A DNA stretch of 64,000 nucleotides, taken from positions 15,895-79,894 of IMG/VR virus record IMGVR_UViG_3300047284_000516; one strand, 5' to 3'. The position numbers and the translations under genes were made by a program. This stretch comes from a virus. The notes beneath the pieces were generated by a model, which saw only the letters and a list, made by a program, of their open reading frames with translations, did not search any database and was not told the origin of the DNA. Below, piece by piece: positions 9,848 to 17,640 of the stretch. The first letter of the stretch is position 1, and every line of letters begins with the position of its first letter.

Positions 9848-10398
9848 TTGCTCTCTCCGGTCCCAAAGGTTCTGGGAAAGATACTATTGGTCGTCTACTA
9901 ATGGACATGTATCCCGGTACACGAACGGTGGCATTTGCTGACCCCATTAAGAAGAAGATCCAGCAGTTTTTTGAACTCAATAGTGATGATCAAGAACAGT
10001 ATGATTTGTTTAAGCGTACACGAATCTCATATCAGCTGCCAGGTTACCTAACACACACTATTGAAGGTAGACATCTAGTACGGGAGATTGGTATGCTGAT
10101 GAGATCATATGATCCAGATCAGTTTACAACATATGTGCGAGCCCAGATCATGCAATATCCAGATACATTATGGGTTATCACAGATCTACGGTTTGATAAT
10201 GAGATTGCAATGCTTACGGAAATGAATGCAAAGTTTGTAAGAGTGATTCGTAAGCATTACGAATATGATGGCCATATAACGGAACAGCCTATACTATCGC
10301 AAGATAATTGTGATTATATTATTAACAATAACTCAAACATTGAAGCAATGAAATTTCAGCTTCGTGAGATGGTTGAGTCCTTTTGGGAGACAGAATGA
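9838..10398 (+). CDS. Deoxynucleoside monophosphate kinase (gp1-like)
   Basis: LSGPKGSGKDT, FADPIK, ITDLRFDNE, HITE motifs. Confidence 0.88.
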   Translation: MRIIALSGPKGSGKDTIGRLLMDMYPGTRTVAFADPIKKKIQQFFELNSDDQEQYDLFKRTRISYQLPGYLTHTIEGRHLVREIGMLMRSYDPDQFTTYVRAQIMQYPDTLWVITDLRFDNEIAMLTEMNAKFVRVIRKHYEYDGHITEQPILSQDNCDYIINNNSNIEAMKFQLREMVESFWETE

Positions 10399-10898
10399 AA
10401 CATATTTTAGGACCTAATTCACGAAGCTCGCTGACAAATGTGGCAAGCGGTGACTCACAGCCCAATGCTGTAGATCTTCGTCTTAGCAAAGTGTTCCAAA
10501 TGAAGAATGCTATTTTTCAGCTAAGCAATGAGCAGAAACAACATAGAGGGATTGAGCATGAGATTGTACCGGATGAGGAGGGATACTTTAATCTTTCAGT
10601 TGGAAGCTATGAGGTCGTTATGGAAAACATTATCCGTGTGGGGGAGAATGAAGCAGGTTGGGTTATCACTCGCTCTACTCTCAATCGTAACGGTTGTTTC
10701 CTTACTAGCGGTCTCTACGATAGTGGTTATCATGGTGCTATGGCTGGTGTATTGCATGTTACAACCGGTCCAGCAAGAATTAAGCAAGGCACACGGATCG
10801 GACAGTACCTGAGTTTTGAGGCAGAGTCTCTTAGCAGCTATGATGGGGATTATGGTATTAATAAACAGCATGATAAAAAATATGGAGAAGTTAAATGA
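10395..10898 (+). CDS. Trimeric dUTPase / dCTP deaminase family protein
   Basis: NAVDLRL, TRSTLNRNG, YDSGYHG, RIGQ, YDGDYG motifs. Confidence 0.85.
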   Translation: MKHILGPNSRSSLTNVASGDSQPNAVDLRLSKVFQMKNAIFQLSNEQKQHRGIEHEIVPDEEGYFNLSVGSYEVVMENIIRVGENEAGWVITRSTLNRNGCFLTSGLYDSGYHGAMAGVLHVTTGPARIKQGTRIGQYLSFEAESLSSYDGDYGINKQHDKKYGEVK

Positions 10899-11746
10899 GT
10901 TTTGAAATTAAGATCTCGCTAGAGGAACTACAGAAACGTAAGTTGTTTGTTGCAACCCCAATGTATGGTGGCCAATGTGCTGGAATGTATGCTCGCTCCA
11001 TTGCCGATCTTTCTGCTACATGCGCAAAGAATGGTATTCAGCTGCAGCTGTATTTTTTGTTCAATGAGTCTTTGATTACAAGAGCACGTAACTATTGTGT
11101 TGATGAATTTTTGCGTAGCGAAGCTACGCATATGATGTTCATTGATAGTGATATTGGATTTAACCCACAAGACGTATTGGCTCTACTTGCATTGCAAGAT
11201 GATGAGAGCCCATATGATGTGATTGGTGGACCATATCCTAAGAAATGTATTTCCTGGGAAAAGATCAAACAAGCGGTGGATAAAGGTGTAGCCGATGAGA
11301 ACCCCAATGTCCTGGAGCGCTTTGTGGGAGACTATGTGTTTAATCCTAAGTCTGATCAGCGTGAGATTCCAATTGGGAAGCCAGTGGAAGTTCGTGAACT
11401 TGGTACAGGTTTTATGATGATCCGTCGATCTGCATTTGAAAAATACCGTGAGGCATTTCCTCACCTTAGCTATAAGCCTGACCATGTACGAACGGAACAC
11501 TTTGATGGTAGCCGCGAGATTCACGCATACTTTGATTGTATTATTGATCCGGAGAGCAAGCGTTACTTGTCCGAGGATTATATGTTCTGTTACAACATGG
11601 CTAAGATCGGTGGCGGTGTATGGCTGTGCCCCTGGATGAAGATGAACCACGTGGGGTCCTATGTGTTTGGTGGTAGTCTGGCTGACTTAGCTTCTATTGG
11701 AGCATCTGCTACTGCTGATGTGAATAAAATCAAGAAGAAGGGTTAA
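10895..11746 (+). CDS. GT-A fold glycosyltransferase-like protein
   Basis: VATPMYGG, ESLITRARN, FIDSDI (DxD), GTGFMMI, LSEDYMFC. Confidence 0.65.
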   Translation: MSFEIKISLEELQKRKLFVATPMYGGQCAGMYARSIADLSATCAKNGIQLQLYFLFNESLITRARNYCVDEFLRSEATHMMFIDSDIGFNPQDVLALLALQDDESPYDVIGGPYPKKCISWEKIKQAVDKGVADENPNVLERFVGDYVFNPKSDQREIPIGKPVEVRELGTGFMMIRRSAFEKYREAFPHLSYKPDHVRTEHFDGSREIHAYFDCIIDPESKRYLSEDYMFCYNMAKIGGGVWLCPWMKMNHVGSYVFGGSLADLASIGASATADVNKIKKKG

Positions 11747-11748
11747 TT

Positions 11749-12405
11749 ATGAAACTGAGTACGAGAACCATTCAGATTCTAAAAAATTTCTCGACCATCA
11801 ACCAATCTCTGCTGTTTAGGCAGGGTGATGTGTTGAGAACGACGACACCCAGTAAAACAATCATGGCAAAGGCAACAATTGCGGAGAATTTTGATACAGA
11901 GTTTGCCATCTATGACCTCTCACGTCTAATCAATACACTTTCTTTGTTTGGGGATCCTGAAATCCACCCACTCGATGGTTATCTGCAGATTTCTGAAGGA
12001 TCACAGTGTGTAAAATATAATTACACCGATGTTGATTCTATTGTTACACCCTCAAAGGAGATTAAGCTGCCACAATGTGAGATTAATTTTCGTATGACGA
12101 GTGCCAATCTTTCATCTGTCCTAAAGGGGATGAATGTTCTTGGTCTACCTGAACTGATGGTCGTCGGGGATGGGAAGAATATTTTCCTGTCTGCTGGTAA
12201 TGTAAAGCAAAGTTCTGGTGATAACTACAAGATCAATGTTGGCGACACAGAGCACGAATTCAATATTGTCTTCCGTGCAGAGAATGTAAAGATGATGGCA
12301 GAGGACTATGAAGTACAGATCTCGTCCAAAGGGATTGCTCATTTGAAAGCATCAGATGTAGAATACTGGATTGCAGCAGAGAGTAGTTCAACATTCTACA
12401 ATTAA
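11749..12405 (+). CDS. 45: Sliding clamp gp45
   Basis: MKLS..T..ILKNFSTINQS, FAIYDL, YWIAAE; precedes gp44. Confidence 0.93.
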   Translation: MKLSTRTIQILKNFSTINQSLLFRQGDVLRTTTPSKTIMAKATIAENFDTEFAIYDLSRLINTLSLFGDPEIHPLDGYLQISEGSQCVKYNYTDVDSIVTPSKEIKLPQCEINFRMTSANLSSVLKGMNVLGLPELMVVGDGKNIFLSAGNVKQSSGDNYKINVGDTEHEFNIVFRAENVKMMAEDYEVQISSKGIAHLKASDVEYWIAAESSSTFYN

Positions 12406-12413
12406 GGAATAAC

Positions 12414-13352
12414 ATGAGGGAAGAATTTCTATGGGTAGAGAAGTATCGTCCACATAAAGTGGAGGACACAATTCTACCAGAACATCTGAAAAGTATATTT
12501 CAGAAATTTGTTGATGATAAAAATGTTCCTAATTTGTTGCTTGCCGGTGGACCAGGAGTAGGAAAGACTACAATTGCAAAGGCTATGTTGGATGAGCTGG
12601 AATGTGATTACATTGTCATTAATGGCTCTTTGAACGGCAACATTGATACCCTTCGTAATGAAATTCTGATGTTTGCCTCTTCCATCTCCTTTAAAGATAC
12701 CAGAAAGTATGTTATCATTGATGAGGCAGATTATTTAAATCCCAATAGTACGCAGCCAGCTCTTCGTAACTTTATTGAGGAGTTTAGTAAGAATTGTGGG
12801 TTTATCTTCACCTGCAACTATAAAAATAAGATTATCGACCCCCTTCATTCTCGCTGCAGCGTGGTGGATTTTAAGATTCCAAAAGACGAAAAGGTAATGA
12901 TGGGTAAAGGATTTCATCGTCGCGCTATGGAAATCCTTGATAAGGAATCGGTAGAGTATGAACCAAAAGCAGTGGCAGCAGTAATTCAGAAGCACTTTCC
13001 AGACTTCCGTCGCATTGTTAATGAGCTGCAGCGCTATGCTGCTACAGGTAAAATTGATACTGGAATCCTCGTTGACTTTGCAGATGAGAAGTTTGACCAA
13101 CTTGTTGATTATATGAAAAGTAAGAACTATAGTAATGTTCGCAAGTGGGTACACGAAAACATTGATATGGATTCTGCTGTTCTTTATCGACGAATCTACG
13201 ATAAACTTAGTGCACTTGTTACACCCAACAGTATCCCTGCTATTGTTGTTCATTTAGCAGAATATCAACATAAGGCTGCGTTTGTTGCAGATATGGAAAT
13301 TAATAATGCAGCATGCCTGGCAGAAATAATGGTGACAGCACAGTGGCAGTAA
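12414..13352 (+). CDS. 44: Clamp loader large subunit gp44
   Basis: LWVEKYRP, GPGVGKTT, IIDEAD, LHSRC, FPDFRR. Confidence 0.96.
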   Translation: MREEFLWVEKYRPHKVEDTILPEHLKSIFQKFVDDKNVPNLLLAGGPGVGKTTIAKAMLDELECDYIVINGSLNGNIDTLRNEILMFASSISFKDTRKYVIIDEADYLNPNSTQPALRNFIEEFSKNCGFIFTCNYKNKIIDPLHSRCSVVDFKIPKDEKVMMGKGFHRRAMEILDKESVEYEPKAVAAVIQKHFPDFRRIVNELQRYAATGKIDTGILVDFADEKFDQLVDYMKSKNYSNVRKWVHENIDMDSAVLYRRIYDKLSALVTPNSIPAIVVHLAEYQHKAAFVADMEINNAACLAEIMVTAQWQ

Positions 13353-13555
13353 AATACAAGAATCGGGTTGGAGATATTGCTGTTCTTAAGAATGGTCGAT
13401 ATGGTGTCTATAATGGTTTTAATGGCAGATTCCATAGAGTTGTGGAGAGTCAGGGAGACTGGCCATTTCCTATCATTCACTTCCTAGAAACTAATCAGTT
13501 TAGTCTGGTAACAAAATCCAAACTAATAGATGATCTTGAACCAGCCCTCTTTTAG
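13343..13555 (+). CDS. Hypothetical protein
   Basis: GTG start overlapping the end of gp44; fills the gap. Confidence 0.5.
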   Translation: MAVKYKNRVGDIAVLKNGRYGVYNGFNGRFHRVVESQGDWPFPIIHFLETNQFSLVTKSKLIDDLEPALF

Positions 13556-14117
13556 CTTACATCGTAATGTTGTACATGTTAGATCGTATGAAGAGGATAG
13601 CGCTAGAAGCTTTCTAGAGCGTCATAGAGACGATAACTTTCATCGCAGTCAAATCTATCGTACCGATACTAAAGCGGCTCTTATAGACGATTCTAGAACG
13701 TCCAAACAAGCTGATATACATCCTAGCGATCAACATATGCAGCGATTGGCTGAGTTAACACGTAAGGTCAACCATAGCATATTTGTAGCTTCTGTTGATC
13801 GATATTGTTTTGAAACTAATTTTCTAAGATACGACAAAGGAGATCAGTTTACTAAACACAATGATATGATCCTTCCCAAGGATCCTTCTAGGATTGATAG
13901 GCATCCAATTAGAAAGCTTACAACTATCCAATTAATCTCGGATCCTGATCAATTCATGGGAGGAGAATTGAGATTCTTCTATGGGGAAGTCAGATTTAGG
14001 ATGGAGATGGGCTTTGCAGATGTGTTTATTTTTCCCTCATATGTCAATCATGTTGTGGAACCTCTTCAATCAGGCACAAGATACAGTATCGTATCTTGGT
14101 CACACGGACGATTCTAA
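13530..14117 (+). CDS. 2OG-Fe(II) oxygenase (prolyl-hydroxylase-like)
   Basis: KHND (HxD), GGEL, FPSYVNHVV..LQSGTRYSIVSW. Confidence 0.85.
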   Translation: MILNQPSFSLHRNVVHVRSYEEDSARSFLERHRDDNFHRSQIYRTDTKAALIDDSRTSKQADIHPSDQHMQRLAELTRKVNHSIFVASVDRYCFETNFLRYDKGDQFTKHNDMILPKDPSRIDRHPIRKLTTIQLISDPDQFMGGELRFFYGEVRFRMEMGFADVFIFPSYVNHVVEPLQSGTRYSIVSWSHGRF

Positions 14118-14534
14118 ATGAACCCATACGATTTTGTTAAAACCATTAATAATAAATCTTTAGATTTAATGAAGGACAAGCAAGCAGAGCGTCACTATGT
14201 GCCGTTTATTACCAATAGATTTTATTCACTTTTCCCTGAAACGTTAGTATATGCCCAAATACTAAATCAGTATCATACTATTGACAATAAGCTGCAATAT
14301 CACTTTTTACTAAATACTGTTCGTCGAGGTAATCGATTTTCTAAGCAAACCAAAAACGAGGTTGACGGTGATATTGAAGTTGTAAAGTTATATTATGGCT
14401 ACAATAATGAAAAGGCCTATCAAGCTCTTCAACTATTAACCAAAAAACAATTAGAACAACTGAGGTTGAAAGTTCAACAGGGTGGGATAAATGGGAATCA
14501 TAGAAACACTAGTGGAAGTCAAATTACAGAATGA
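14118..14534 (+). CDS. 62: Clamp loader small subunit gp62
   Basis: YVPFITNR, LQYHFLLN, YYGYNNEKA; synteny 44-62-regA. Confidence 0.9.
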   Translation: MNPYDFVKTINNKSLDLMKDKQAERHYVPFITNRFYSLFPETLVYAQILNQYHTIDNKLQYHFLLNTVRRGNRFSKQTKNEVDGDIEVVKLYYGYNNEKAYQALQLLTKKQLEQLRLKVQQGGINGNHRNTSGSQITE

Positions 14535-14886
14535 AGATGACTTTTTAAAGATAAGAGAGACACTAACGCGTATTGGTGTACCCTCAAAAAAAGAAAATAA
14601 ATTATTTCAGTCTTGCCATATTCTACACAAACAAGGTAAGTATTACATAGTACACTTCAAAGAATTGTTTGCGTTAGATGGTAAACCTTCAAGTCTTTCA
14701 GATGATGATGTTGCTAGACGAAACACTATTGCAAATTTGCTGGCAGAATGGGGATTACTAATTTTAGTAAAATCCGAGCGTACAGAACAACCAGTGGCTT
14801 CATTATCACAGATAAAGATTCTTCCATATGGTGAGAAGGATGAATGGGAACTAGTAGCAAAATATAATATAGGAAGAAAACGCTAA
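14491..14886 (+). CDS. regA: Translational repressor RegA
   Basis: DDFLKIRETLTRIG, QSCHILHKQGKYYIVHFKELF. Confidence 0.96.
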   Translation: MGIIETLVEVKLQNEDDFLKIRETLTRIGVPSKKENKLFQSCHILHKQGKYYIVHFKELFALDGKPSSLSDDDVARRNTIANLLAEWGLLILVKSERTEQPVASLSQIKILPYGEKDEWELVAKYNIGRKR

Positions 14887-14929
14887 ATGTCTGTTTGGAT
14901 TTTTATCATGAACCTTTTAGGAGTTAACC

Positions 14930-15463
14930 ATGATAGATCCAATCACAGCACTATCTCTAGCAACAGCCGCATTCAATGGTATCAAGAAAGCTGTTGAGTT
15001 AGGTAAAGAGGTACAAGATGTTTATTCACAACTCAGTCAATGGGCAGGTCACATTGACGATCTCCGAGACGCACTTTCTCAGATAGAGAAACAAGAAGCT
15101 CGTCCAAGCATATTTAAAAAAATTACATTTGAAAAAAGTGCTACGGCAGAAGCATTCGACAAATATGCTGCCGAGCAAAGAATTGTGGAAATGGAGAAAG
15201 AAATATTTCACATGTTTATCTATGGTGAACTCCAAGACCTTGGTATTGATGGCTATCGACGCTTTAAACAGATGAGAGAAGAGATCAGACAGAAACGTCA
15301 AAAGATGATTCTTGATCAGATTAGAGCAAAACGAGATTTTGTGGATTCTGTTAAACTGTGGTCTGCAATCGGCTTAGCATTATTGGTAGGGATTACAACC
15401 ATATGGATAACTGTTGATGTGATTCTTGATCATGGGGTACAATCGGGAAAGATAAAGAAATGA
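14930..15463 (+). CDS. Hypothetical membrane-anchored protein
   Basis: MIDPITAL start, coiled coil, C-terminal TM; SD AGGAG. Confidence 0.6.
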   Translation: MIDPITALSLATAAFNGIKKAVELGKEVQDVYSQLSQWAGHIDDLRDALSQIEKQEARPSIFKKITFEKSATAEAFDKYAAEQRIVEMEKEIFHMFIYGELQDLGIDGYRRFKQMREEIRQKRQKMILDQIRAKRDFVDSVKLWSAIGLALLVGITTIWITVDVILDHGVQSGKIKK

Positions 15464-15560
15464 AATATGAACAGTTATTTGATATAGGGGTTATGTGGTA
15501 TATCTTAATTTGGTTCACCCCATATGCAATGATTCCTCAACCTAAAAAAGGAGAAAGAAA

Positions 15561-15674
15561 ATGCTAGAAGCACTTTTTTGGATTTTAATTGGTGCATTTA
15601 TTGGATGGCATGTTCCCCAGCCACTTTGGGCTAAAGCTCTTCAAGAAAAAGCTCTTGCACTTTTCAAAAAGTAA
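15561..15674 (+). CDS. Small membrane peptide (37 aa, not in ORF track)
   Basis: SD AGGAG; MLEALFWILIGAFIGWHVPQPLWAK...; stop overlaps the cd start. Confidence 0.55.
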   Translation: MLEALFWILIGAFIGWHVPQPLWAKALQEKALALFKK

Positions 15675-16114
15675 TGGAAAAGTGGAATAACAGATTTATT
15701 GATTTGGCCCACCACATATCGGCTTGGTCTAAAGATCCACGTACGAAGGTAGGTGCGGTTGTGGTCAATGACTTAAGACAGGTTGTTGGTCTTGGTTATA
15801 ATGGGTTTCCCCGAGGTGTAGAAGATACGGAAGAACGCTATAACGATAGAGTTACCAAATTACTTTTTGTAGCTCATGCAGAACAAAATGCCTTGGACAG
15901 TTGCTACGGAGAGACAAAAGGAGGTACACTATACTCTACCCTATTTCCTTGTTGTAATTGTGCTAAAAGCATCATTCAACGTGGGATTAAAAAAGTGGTA
16001 ACTTATCCTATTGATCAGGATAAAACAGATACACACCATTTTGGAGTATCTTTAATGATGTTTGAAGAAGCAGGAGTTCATGTTGAGTATGTGGAAGATG
16101 CCAGTAACATTTAA
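15674..16114 (+). CDS. cd: dCMP deaminase
   Basis: SKDPRTKVGA, GYNGFPRG, HAEQNA, PCCNC. Confidence 0.94.
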   Translation: MEKWNNRFIDLAHHISAWSKDPRTKVGAVVVNDLRQVVGLGYNGFPRGVEDTEERYNDRVTKLLFVAHAEQNALDSCYGETKGGTLYSTLFPCCNCAKSIIQRGIKKVVTYPIDQDKTDTHHFGVSLMMFEEAGVHVEYVEDASNI

Positions 16115-16280
16115 TCAAGATGGTAGCATTGTGGTTTTTAACAGAAATGATCAATGTGTGGGAATGGGAGAATATCTCGATCAAAAATTTGTTTTGATTG
16201 AGGAAGGTGAAGTTAAGAATTTTGCTAATGCAGTGCAAGCTTTTTCATATTTGAATACTAAATATCGTACAGCGGCATGA
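16098..16280 (+). CDS. Hypothetical protein
   Basis: ATG 16098 overlapping the cd end; fills the gap. Confidence 0.5.
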   Translation: MPVTFNQDGSIVVFNRNDQCVGMGEYLDQKFVLIEEGEVKNFANAVQAFSYLNTKYRTAA

Positions 16281-16287
16281 GCTGCTA

Positions 16288-16342
16288 ACCTATGCCTTCG
16301 GGGTAGGTCTTTTAAACTCGCTTAATTAAGGAGCACAAAATG
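16288..16342 (+). promoter_or_regulatory. ROSE-like RNA thermometer in the hsp20 5' UTR
   Basis: cUUCGg hairpin (16288-16308), then CTC-G-CTT/AAG-GAG hairpin (16317-16333) that pairs the SD with a bulged G (UCGCU motif). Confidence 0.65.
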
Positions 16343-16864
16343 ACATATATTAAAGATGTGTTTGGCCGAGATTTGTTCAAAGATTTTGATCGTTTTTATG
16401 TTGGTTTCGATGATCAGTTTAATCGCCTAGCTAAAATGCATGACGATATTGCCAAAAATATTCCCAACTATCCTCCATACAATATCAAGAAGACTGACGA
16501 TAACAAATACACAATTGAGCTTGCGGTTGCTGGTTTCGCAAAGTCGAACATTGATATCTCCTTCGAAGATGATAAGCTAATCGTCAAAGGATTTACAACT
16601 GACGATGATCAAGCTGGTAAAAATTACCTGTATCAAGGAATTGCTAACCGAGCATTTACAAGAATGTTTGCGCTCAATGATCAGGTTGAGGTTCAGAGTG
16701 CTGAGCTCGTAAATGGTATGCTTAAGATTTTTCTGGAGCGCATTATTCCAGAGCACAAAAAGCCAAAGAAAATTGAAGTTAGTGATGAGCCATCCACGGT
16801 TTCTTCCTATGCAGCTAACAACAAAACGCTGTTGATGGAGGATCAAGATGTTGAGCACAATTAG
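16340..16864 (+). CDS. Small heat shock protein Hsp20 (IbpA-like)
   Basis: NYPPYNI, IELAVAGF, YQGIANRAFTR.F.L, NGML.I.LER..PE..KP. Confidence 0.95.
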   Translation: MTYIKDVFGRDLFKDFDRFYVGFDDQFNRLAKMHDDIAKNIPNYPPYNIKKTDDNKYTIELAVAGFAKSNIDISFEDDKLIVKGFTTDDDQAGKNYLYQGIANRAFTRMFALNDQVEVQSAELVNGMLKIFLERIIPEHKKPKKIEVSDEPSTVSSYAANNKTLLMEDQDVEHN

Positions 16865-16952
16865 GATTTTCTTCAATAATTTGTTAGAAGCTATACAAGA
16901 AGCACAGCTACAACGTGCTAAGCATTTAATAAAATATCATCATTGGGAGTAA
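16848..16952 (+). CDS. Small hypothetical protein (34 aa, not in ORF track)
   Basis: SD GGAGG; MLSTIRIFFNNLLEAIQEAQLQRAK...; followed by a hairpin. Confidence 0.4.
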   Translation: MLSTIRIFFNNLLEAIQEAQLQRAKHLIKYHHWE

Positions 16953-16979
16953 TATAGGGCGGCCATGTGCCGCCTTATA
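16953..16979 (+). terminator. Stem-loop, likely terminator
   Basis: TATAGGGCGGC-CATGT-GCCGCCTTATA inverted repeat. Confidence 0.6.
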
Positions 16980-17009
16980 CATACCTGGGTTGCATAAAAA
17001 GGAGCCCGT

Positions 17010-17624
17010 ATGTACACTTTAGAATTATTTCAACAACTTTTTCCTAAGACAAATGTGGAGACTTTAGAAACATTTGTTGGTCCACTCAATGACACTGCAA
17101 ACAACTATGAGATAAGTGAGAGCCCTCTAAGAGAGGCAGCGTTTATCGCTCAGGTTGGTCACGAGTCTGGGGATCTCAGATTTACCAAAGAAAATTTAAA
17201 TTATTCAGCGGAATCATTAATGAAGGTGTTCCGCAAATACTTCAATCCACAACTCGCAGCACAGTATGCAAGAAATCCTGAAATGATTGCCAATCGTGTA
17301 TATGGTAATCGTATGGGTAATGGTCCTGAAGAATCGGGCGATGGATGGAAGTATAGAGGTCGAGGTCTAATACAGCTAACTGGTAAAAATAATTATTCCC
17401 GTTTAGCTAGTGCTTGGGAACTCGAGATGGATATCCTAATAGATTACTTGGAAACCCCATTTGGAGCAGCTATGAGTGCTGGCTGGTTTTGGGATACAAA
17501 TAAATTAAACAGAATTGCAGATAGTCAGGACTTTGTACTGTTGACAAAACGCATTAATGGTGGTACTATAGGCTTAGAGCATAGACAAAAGCTGTATGAC
17601 AAAGCTATGTCACTACTGACATAA
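17010..17624 (+). CDS. Glycoside hydrolase family 19 endolysin
   Basis: AAFIAQVGHESG, ENLNYS, YRGRGLIQLTGKNNY, TKRINGG. Confidence 0.92.
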   Translation: MYTLELFQQLFPKTNVETLETFVGPLNDTANNYEISESPLREAAFIAQVGHESGDLRFTKENLNYSAESLMKVFRKYFNPQLAAQYARNPEMIANRVYGNRMGNGPEESGDGWKYRGRGLIQLTGKNNYSRLASAWELEMDILIDYLETPFGAAMSAGWFWDTNKLNRIADSQDFVLLTKRINGGTIGLEHRQKLYDKAMSLLT

Positions 17625-17640
17625 TATATTATGGAGTTTT

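Noticed and set aside
11183-13253. Long antisense ORFs (11183-11650, 12735-13253; also 29196-29645)
   Set aside because: They lie opposite well-conserved genes and have no motifs or SD; codon-bias shadows
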